A stretch of 52,041 nucleotides of DNA from Halanaerobiales bacterium (GTDB taxonomy: Bacteria > Bacillota > Halanaerobiia > Halanaerobiales > M55B127), in contig DATGCJ010000126.1 of assembly GCA_035312025.1 (NCBI GenBank), positions 1 to 52,041 of the forward strand. Reading direction: 5' to 3'. Positions 45,722 to 52,041 of this stretch are shown one piece after another. A program made the translations under genes and the position numbers. The notes below the pieces were generated by a model. That model was given only the letters and a program-made list of their open reading frames with translations, was not told where the DNA came from and searched no databases. The stretch's first letter is position 1. Every line of letters starts with the position of its first letter.

Positions 45722-46968
45722 TTCTTGTACCCCCTAAATTCATCTAATTTAACTGCACTTTTAATTTTTCTTGACTTTTCTGCTGCTAAAGCGGCAAAGT
45801 GACTTTCTAAGGCTGACATCAAATTACTATCATTTTTATCTAATTTATTTGATAAAAACTTTGCAAAAGACTCGATTAGCTTTTTATCTCCCCCAGCATG
45901 TCCACCTTTATACTCAATATTTATTTTATAATGCTTATCTAAAAAAGGCTTTACTTCAATAATCCCCTTTTCTAAATCACCAAATATTTCACCATGAGTT
46001 CCAAAAATATTTATCTTTCTAGTCATATCATTTGAAAAAGCAGTCAAAGTAAAATGGGCAGTGATTTCATTTTTAAATTTTAATAATAGGGTTTGTACAT
46101 CCAGCTGGTCATTATCACTTTTATAGACACATTTACCATAATTCGTCTCCTTTAGAGCCTTTGTAATACCCTCTTCACTAAAATCATCTGTAATTACATT
46201 TACCGGCCAACCGAAGGGAACAGCAAAGTATAACTTCTTAGCTGAATAGGGGCAGTTATCTTCAACCGGACATGTTAAACAACGCTCCCCTGCCTGAGGT
46301 AGATCATATTTTTTATCAAAATATCTTTCTGATGAATCCGAATAAATATTTTTATATCCCACTTCCATCAGCCAATACAAAATATCTAAATCATGACAGC
46401 TTTTTGCTAAAATAATAGGGGCGCTCACCTCGTGGTTGCGCCAGTTACCCCTGACATAACTATGACCATAGTGAAAAAATCCAATATTTTCAATTAGATT
46501 AATAAATCTTATTCTCCCGATTATATTTTTATTTAATAGCTCTTTTATCTTTTTAAAAAAAGGTGTATATCTTAATACATGGGAGACCATAACCTGTTCA
46601 CTATCTTCACTGTAATCTTCTTGTAATGTTTTTAGTTCATTAAAGTTATCAGTAATTGGCTTTTCACATAGTACTTTATAGCCTTTCGACAGAGCTTTTT
46701 TCAAGGGTTCAAAATGTATTTTATCCCCGGTTGAAATTATTAGACCGTCCGCTAATCTCTCTTCAAATAATAAATCCTCCCAGCTTTCAAATTGATAATT
46801 GGGAGGAATTTTATGTTCTTTTGCAAATTTTTTTCTGCGGTCTTCTAGGGGCTCTGCAACTGCTGATATCTGTAAATTTTTATTTTGTTTAATTAATTTC
46901 CCATAAACATCTTTACCTCTGTTCCCGGCTCCGAGAACAGCTACACTCTTTTTTGAAATTGTAATCAC
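45718..46968 (-). CDS. Gfo/Idh/MocA family oxidoreductase with Cys-rich insertion
   Basis: Rossmann motif VLGAGNRG and the EKP motif (LCEKPIT). Insertion C230-x2-C233-x5-C239 plus C280. GTG start. Confidence 0.8.
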   Translation of the reverse strand: MITISKKSVAVLGAGNRGKDVYGKLIKQNKNLQISAVAEPLEDRRKKFAKEHKIPPNYQFESWEDLLFEERLADGLIISTGDKIHFEPLKKALSKGYKVLCEKPITDNFNELKTLQEDYSEDSEQVMVSHVLRYTPFFKKIKELLNKNIIGRIRFINLIENIGFFHYGHSYVRGNWRNHEVSAPIILAKSCHDLDILYWLMEVGYKNIYSDSSERYFDKKYDLPQAGERCLTCPVEDNCPYSAKKLYFAVPFGWPVNVITDDFSEEGITKALKETNYGKCVYKSDNDQLDVQTLLLKFKNEITAHFTLTAFSNDMTRKINIFGTHGEIFGDLEKGIIEVKPFLDKHYKINIEYKGGHAGGDKKLIESFAKFLSNKLDKNDSNLMSALESHFAALAAEKSRKIKSAVKLDEFRGYKK

Positions 46969-47025
46969 CCCTCAGCAGAAATACTATTATTAATATTCTT
47001 TAGATTTTAAATATTTCCTGCCTCT

Positions 47026-48591
47026 CTAGTGACGAAAGTGGCGTATATTTGTAAAGTACATCGCTATTCCGAGTTCATCAGCTTTTTGAATAACCTGGTC
47101 ATCTCTGATAGAACCACCGGGCTGTATGATGGCCTTTATACCATATTCAGCCGCCTTTTCAACCGCATCTGGGAACGGAAAGAAAGCATCGGAAGCTACT
47201 ACTGCCCCCTGCTGTCTACCCTGGGCTTTCCGCCCGGCGATTATCATGGCATCTACACGGCTCATCTGACCGGCTCCGACTCCCACCAGCATTTCTTCTT
47301 TAGCCATCACAATTGCATTTGATTTAACATGTTTTACTGCTTTCCACGCGAATAATAAATCCTTAATTAAATTACTTTCTACACCTTTTTCTGTTACTAG
47401 CTGCAGGTCATCAGAACTAACCATCTCTAAATCTCTATCCTGCATTAGTAAGCCGCCGGTTACTTTCTTTAGCTCATAACCTGGTTCTTTATGGTTTATA
47501 TACAAATCATCAGTTTTTAAAATTCTAATACTTTCCCATCTATTTGTTAAAATATCAACCGCTTCCTTACTATAATCGGGAGCTGTAATAACTTCGATAT
47601 ACTTTTCTCCACTAACTATTTCTTCTGCTAATTCTTTGTTAACTGACCGATTTAAGGAAACTATGGAACCGAAAGCTGACAGGGGATCTCCCGCATGTGC
47701 TCTTTTAAAAGCTGTTATTATATCATCGGCTGAAGCCAGACCACAGGGGTTAGTGTGTTTTATTACCGCTGCCGTCGGTTTATCCTGAAATTCTTTGACT
47801 AATTCTATAGCCCCATTGGTATCATTTATATTGTTAAAAGATAAGGCCTTTCCACTTAATTTTTTAGCATTAGTTATAGACGGTTCATTTACCTTTCTGG
47901 CTTGATAAAATACAGCCGACTGGTGGGGGTTTTCACCATAACGGAGTTTCTGCTTTTTATAATATGGTTCAAGTAATATATCAGGCCATTCCTCTTTTTC
48001 TTCTAGATTGTCAAAGAAATATTTTTGAATGATAGAATCATATTCTGCAGTATGGTTAAAAGCTTTATAAGCCATCTTCATTCTAAAAGACTTATCTATT
48101 TTTTGATTGTCTTTTAACTTTTTTGCAACTAAACTATAGTCTTTTGGATCTACTATTACTAAAACATCTGGAAAGTTTTTAGCTGCGGCCCTAATCATAG
48201 TCGGACCACCAATATCTATATTCTCTAATACTTCCTTAAGTTCAACCTCTTTTTTATCGATCGTTTGGGCAAAAGGATATAGATTACAAACAATCAGATC
48301 AATAGTTTTTATATCTAGACTTTTCAATTCTGTTAAATCTGCTTCGTTATCTCTTCTTGCCAGGATACCTGCGTGGATATTAGGGTGGAGGGTTTTAACC
48401 CGGCCGTCCATCATCTCCGGAAAATCAGTGACATCTGAGATGTTAATAACATCTATGCCCGCTTCTGCAATCCTGTTGGCAGTTCCCCCTGTTGAGATAA
48501 TTTCAATATCCTGGGCTGCTAAACTTTCAGCAAAATCTTTAATACCCGTTTTATTTGAAACACTTAGCAAGGCTCTTTTAATTTCCGTCAA
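47026..48591 (-). CDS. purH: Bifunctional AICAR transformylase / IMP cyclohydrolase
   Basis: 521 aa. RALLSVSNKTG MGS-like domain and the AICARFT domain. TTG start after AGGAG. Confidence 0.95.
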   Translation of the reverse strand: MTEIKRALLSVSNKTGIKDFAESLAAQDIEIISTGGTANRIAEAGIDVINISDVTDFPEMMDGRVKTLHPNIHAGILARRDNEADLTELKSLDIKTIDLIVCNLYPFAQTIDKKEVELKEVLENIDIGGPTMIRAAAKNFPDVLVIVDPKDYSLVAKKLKDNQKIDKSFRMKMAYKAFNHTAEYDSIIQKYFFDNLEEKEEWPDILLEPYYKKQKLRYGENPHQSAVFYQARKVNEPSITNAKKLSGKALSFNNINDTNGAIELVKEFQDKPTAAVIKHTNPCGLASADDIITAFKRAHAGDPLSAFGSIVSLNRSVNKELAEEIVSGEKYIEVITAPDYSKEAVDILTNRWESIRILKTDDLYINHKEPGYELKKVTGGLLMQDRDLEMVSSDDLQLVTEKGVESNLIKDLLFAWKAVKHVKSNAIVMAKEEMLVGVGAGQMSRVDAMIIAGRKAQGRQQGAVVASDAFFPFPDAVEKAAEYGIKAIIQPGGSIRDDQVIQKADELGIAMYFTNIRHFRH

Positions 48592-48596
48592 TTAAA

Positions 48597-49217
48597 TCAC
48601 TCCTTTACCAAAACTGTATTATCATCTTTTAATTTAACCTTATCTTCAGCTATTAATTCAATAACAGCCGGTAATATTTCATGTTCATGTTTTAAGATCC
48701 GGTCTGCTAGACTTTCTTCATCATCGCTGTCTTTGACTGGTACTGCCTTTTGTTTAATGATCGGGCCGGAATCTACACCTTCATCAACAAAATGAACAGT
48801 ACACCCGCTTACCTTAACTCCATAATCTACAGCCTGTTTTTGGGCATTTAGACCCGGGAAAGCAGGTAGTAAAGAGGGATGAATATTAATTATTTTATTT
48901 TTGAAAGTATTTACAAATCTTGCCGACAATACTTTCATATAACCGGCTAATACTATTAAATCAATATTGCTTTTTTGAATTGCCTCAATAACCTTGTCTT
49001 CATAGTCCTTTTTATTATTATACCTATTTTCATCAATTAAATAAACTTTAATTCCACAATTTTTCGCTCTTTTTAGGGCATAAGCCTCTTTTTTATTACT
49101 GATAACGCTTTTTATCTCAATTGGTTTTTCGCTTAAATGTAATTTATCTATTATGGACTGCAGGTTGGTGCCGCGGCCGGAAGCCAAAACCGCTAAGTTA
49201 AATATTTTATCATTCAT
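48597..49217 (-). CDS. purN: Phosphoribosylglycinamide formyltransferase
   Basis: LASGRGTNLQ, NIHPSLLP and the formyl transferase fold. 206 aa. Confidence 0.95.
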   Translation of the reverse strand: MNDKIFNLAVLASGRGTNLQSIIDKLHLSEKPIEIKSVISNKKEAYALKRAKNCGIKVYLIDENRYNNKKDYEDKVIEAIQKSNIDLIVLAGYMKVLSARFVNTFKNKIINIHPSLLPAFPGLNAQKQAVDYGVKVSGCTVHFVDEGVDSGPIIKQKAVPVKDSDDEESLADRILKHEHEILPAVIELIAEDKVKLKDDNTVLVKE

Positions 49218-50217
49218 TTAAAATCAATCCTTTGTCACCTTTATCTATTTCACCTATTTCATAGGCTGTTTCTCCTAATTCTTTCAATGTTTTAAGAACT
49301 TTATCTATATCTTTTTTATTAACTACAAGAACCATACCCAGACCCATATTAAAGGTCCTATACATCTCATCTGACTCTATATTACCTTTCTTTTGTATTT
49401 TCTTAAAAATTTCAGGGGTGGGAAAAGTACTAGTAGCGATCTCGGCTGTATATCCTGTTGGTAAAATACGGGGCACATTTTCTTTTAAGCCTCCCCCCGT
49501 AATATGGGCTATCCCTTTTATATTATACTTATCTATTAGTTCTAATATTGGTTTTACATATATTTTAGTCGGTTTTAAAAGGTTTTCTAATAAACTCTGT
49601 TCATTTTCCTCATTGTTTTTAATAAAGAGCTTCCTAACCAGGGAATATCCATTACTATGGATCCCATTGGAAGCAATTCCAATCAAAGTATCTCCTTTTT
49701 TAATCTCAGACCCATCAATTACTTCTTTTTTATCTACTATGCCCACACAAAAACCGGCCGTATCATATTCACCATCGGGATAGAAATCGGGCATCTCGGC
49801 CGTCTCTCCCCCTAATAAAGCACAGCCAGCTTCTTTACAACCCTGCACAATACCGGCTACTACTTCATTAAACTGTTTCACATCCAAATTACCGGTTGCC
49901 AAATAATCTAAAAAAAACAGGGGCTTTGCACCTAAGGTAACTAGGTCATTTACACTCATAGCTACCAGGTCAATACCAATCGTGTCATGTTTATCTGCCA
50001 AAAATGCAAGCTTCAGTTTCGTACCTACCCCATCGGTAGCTGCCGCTAATATGGGTTCATTATATTCCTTTAAATCGAGATTAAATAAACCACCAAATCC
50101 ACCTAACTCTGTTACTACATTCTCATTATAGGTGGATTTGACCATTTCATTAATTTGTTTAACTGCTTCTTCCCCTTTTTTAATATCGACCCCGGCATCT
50201 TTATAGGATAAACCCAT
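49210..50217 (-). CDS. purM: Phosphoribosylformylglycinamidine cyclo-ligase (AIR synthetase)
   Basis: YKDAGVDI, DGVGTKL and ITGGG motifs. 335 aa. Confidence 0.95.
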   Translation of the reverse strand: MGLSYKDAGVDIKKGEEAVKQINEMVKSTYNENVVTELGGFGGLFNLDLKEYNEPILAAATDGVGTKLKLAFLADKHDTIGIDLVAMSVNDLVTLGAKPLFFLDYLATGNLDVKQFNEVVAGIVQGCKEAGCALLGGETAEMPDFYPDGEYDTAGFCVGIVDKKEVIDGSEIKKGDTLIGIASNGIHSNGYSLVRKLFIKNNEENEQSLLENLLKPTKIYVKPILELIDKYNIKGIAHITGGGLKENVPRILPTGYTAEIATSTFPTPEIFKKIQKKGNIESDEMYRTFNMGLGMVLVVNKKDIDKVLKTLKELGETAYEIGEIDKGDKGLILNE

Positions 50218-51640
50218 TTTTATCTACCTCTCTCTTTTCTTTTTCTGCAGTCGGATACTTACCATTAAAGCAGGCACTGCAGTATCCATAATCATCTGCT
50301 TCAAGAACTGAAAGTATACCTTCTAAACTTAAGTAATGTAAACTGTCAGCCCCTATATATTCCGCAATTTCTTCGGTTTCTTTTTTTCTTGCAATCAACT
50401 CTTTACGACGGGAAGTGTCCAGACCGTAAAAACAGGGGTGTTTAACGGGCGGGGAGGCAATCGCCATATGTATTTTATTAACATCTGTTTCCCTTAATCT
50501 ACTAATTATCTGCCTACTTGTAGTACCCCGGACAATAGAATCATCAATTAAAATAATATCTTTTCCTTCTAATATTTTATTAATTGGATTTAGTTTCATT
50601 CTTACCTTCAAATCTCTCATCTCCTGGGTGGGCTGGATAAAGGTCCTTCCCACATAACGGTTTCTTAAAATACCGTCTGCATAAGAAATACCCGATTCTA
50701 AAGAATATCCCTGGGCAGCTGCCACTCCCGAACTAGGTACGGGAACCACCAGGTCTGCCTCCATGTTCATTTCCCGGGCCAGTCTTCTCCCCATTCTTTT
50801 CCGGGCAAGATAGACATTTTCCCCACCAATTATACTGTCAGGCCGGGCAAAATATATAAATTCAAATACACAGAAGGCTTTTGGTTTATCTTCACTGTAT
50901 CTTTGGCTTTTAATCCCATCTTCATCTATTATGAGGACTTCCCCGGGTTTAACTTCTCTAATAAATTCAGCGCCTATAATGTCAAGGGCACAGGTCTCAG
51001 AGGATAATATAATGCTGTCACCCTTTTTCCCTAAAATCAGGGGCCTGAAACCATGGGGGTCCCGGGCAGCAATTAAGCTATCATTGGTCATCGCAATCAA
51101 ACTAAATGCGCCCTTTATCTGCTGGAGACTCTGTATTAAGGCCTCAATAATATCATCCTTAAATGATCTCGCTACCAGATGGGCGATTACTTCTGTATCA
51201 AGAGTTGAATGGAAGATGGAACCGTGTGATTCTAAATTATCTTTTAGTTCCCGACCATTAATTAGATTACCATTATGAGCTAGGGCTAAGTCCCCTTTAA
51301 TACTATTTGTTAATAGGGGTTGGGCATTTACTAAAAGTGAGGAGCCCGTGGTAGAATATCTAACATGACCTATACTAATATTGCCGGTTAAATCTCCTAA
51401 TATATCGCTATCAAATACATTACTGACCAGCCCCATGCCTTTATGAACCCTTAATTTGTTCTCATCATTTACACAGATACCGGCACTTTCCTGCCCCCGG
51501 TGCTGTAAGGCATGGAGTCCGAGATAATTTAAACGGGAAATATCATCTCTTTTTTCAGGTGAAAAAATACCGAAGATACCGCACTCTTCTTCCATCTTAT
51601 CACTTTTCTTTAAAGCTTTTTCTCGATTGCAGTTTCCCAA
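50201..51640 (-). CDS. purF: Amidophosphoribosyltransferase
   Basis: Propeptide then the CGIFGI Ntn nucleophile, a PRTase motif and C-terminal Fe-S cysteines. The start is either TTG 51640 (AAGGAGA upstream) or ATG 51595. Confidence 0.9.
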   Translation of the reverse strand: MGNCNREKALKKSDKMEEECGIFGIFSPEKRDDISRLNYLGLHALQHRGQESAGICVNDENKLRVHKGMGLVSNVFDSDILGDLTGNISIGHVRYSTTGSSLLVNAQPLLTNSIKGDLALAHNGNLINGRELKDNLESHGSIFHSTLDTEVIAHLVARSFKDDIIEALIQSLQQIKGAFSLIAMTNDSLIAARDPHGFRPLILGKKGDSIILSSETCALDIIGAEFIREVKPGEVLIIDEDGIKSQRYSEDKPKAFCVFEFIYFARPDSIIGGENVYLARKRMGRRLAREMNMEADLVVPVPSSGVAAAQGYSLESGISYADGILRNRYVGRTFIQPTQEMRDLKVRMKLNPINKILEGKDIILIDDSIVRGTTSRQIISRLRETDVNKIHMAIASPPVKHPCFYGLDTSRRKELIARKKETEEIAEYIGADSLHYLSLEGILSVLEADDYGYCSACFNGKYPTAEKEKREVDKNGFIL

Positions 51641-52041
51641 TTTTTTTTCATCTCCTTAACATTCAACTGAATTAAATCATTGAACTTGAATATACTTCTC
51701 TTAGTTTGGCCAATTTGTTTTAAAGGAATACTATTGTTATCAGCTATTTCATTAAGAAGTTCACTATCAGCGGGGTCAATACTTACTACTATTCGACTCT
51801 GGCTCTCACCAAATAATAGTGCTTTATCACTGATATTATCCTTTAGGTCAACATCTATACCCAGTTCGTTTTCAAAACAGGATTCAGCCAAAGCAACCGC
51901 CAAACCACCTTCTGAACAATCATGGGCTGATTTTATGATACCTTCCTTAACAGCCTCTCTTACTAATCTTTGCACTCTTTTTTCTAACTTTAAATCTATT
52001 TCCGGTACATATCCATCTATCTTATCTTCTTTTAAGGCAAG
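51610..52041 (-). CDS. purL: Phosphoribosylformylglycinamidine synthase subunit PurL (C-terminal part; N-terminus outside window)
   Basis: The frame is open to nt 52041. My translation: LALKEDKIDGYVPEIDLKLEKRVQRLVREAVKEGIIKSAHDCSEGGLAVALAE. The track's M at 51975 is an internal GTG. Confidence 0.9.
   Translation of the reverse strand, partial: LALKEDKIDGYVPEIDLKLEKRVQRLVREAVKEGIIKSAHDCSEGGLAVALAESCFENELGIDVDLKDNISDKALLFGESQSRIVVSIDPADSELLNEIADNNSIPLKQIGQTKRSIFKFNDLIQLNVKEMKKNWETAIEKKL

Noticed and set aside
46969-47025. Possible terminator after purH (GCAGGAAATA...TATTTCTGC)
   Set aside because: The stem is imperfect with a loop of about 28 nt and no following T-tract. Not convincing as an intrinsic terminator.
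1-52041. Search for CRISPR arrays, IS elements, prophage genes, defence islands, toxin-antitoxin pairs, retron or group II intron signatures
   Set aside because: No repeat-spacer periodicity and no transposase, integrase, recombinase or reverse transcriptase-like ORFs. Intergenic space is minimal (largest gaps about 250 nt). Every large ORF is explained by a housekeeping or transport family.

Overview
AT-rich, very gene-dense core chromosomal segment with about 57 CDS and 1 tRNA, from a low-GC Firmicute-like anaerobe. The Rnf complex, the L27 that lacks a propeptide, and the acidic E/Q/T-rich protein tails fit a halophilic Clostridia or Halanaerobiales-type organism, but the taxon is inference only. 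All genes are on the minus strand except 30095..30529 and 36196..37509. In transcription order (right to left): purL(partial)-purF-purM-purN-purH; a Gfo/Idh/MocA oxidoreductase plus Asp/Glu-racemase pair; a lone FecCD permease; mogA; a GH65 phosphorylase; two EamA transporters; the DUF47-Pit phosphate pair; (MFS, plus strand); glgC; pdxK; tkt; a cca-like gene; (PAP2, plus strand); folC plus a SPOR protein; rnfCDGEAB; a NusG_II plus Gx-transporter pair; maf-radC-mreBCD-mrdA-minCDE-rodA; a radical SAM / DUF2344 / RNase G chain; an aldose epimerase; rplU-rpmA; obg-yhbY; an isomerase-like gene; ABC-F; tRNA-Arg(CCG); a 40-codon ORF; a YtqB-like methyltransferase; and an SbcD-like phosphoesterase cut by the window edge. 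I see no CRISPR array, transposase, integrase, prophage or recognisable defence or toxin-antitoxin module, so I do not claim a novel system with confidence. The least-explained pieces are: (1) the conserved, function-unknown radical SAM plus DUF2344 pair, translationally chained to an RNase G with a TRAM-like tail; (2) the NusG_II/Gx membrane pair next to rnf; (3) the orphan FecCD permease beside a racemase with a Ser/Cys dyad and an oxidoreductase with a Cys-rich insertion; (4) an unannotated 40-aa ORF unit behind the tRNA. Family calls come from motifs read by eye. HMM or BLAST searches would settle most of them.
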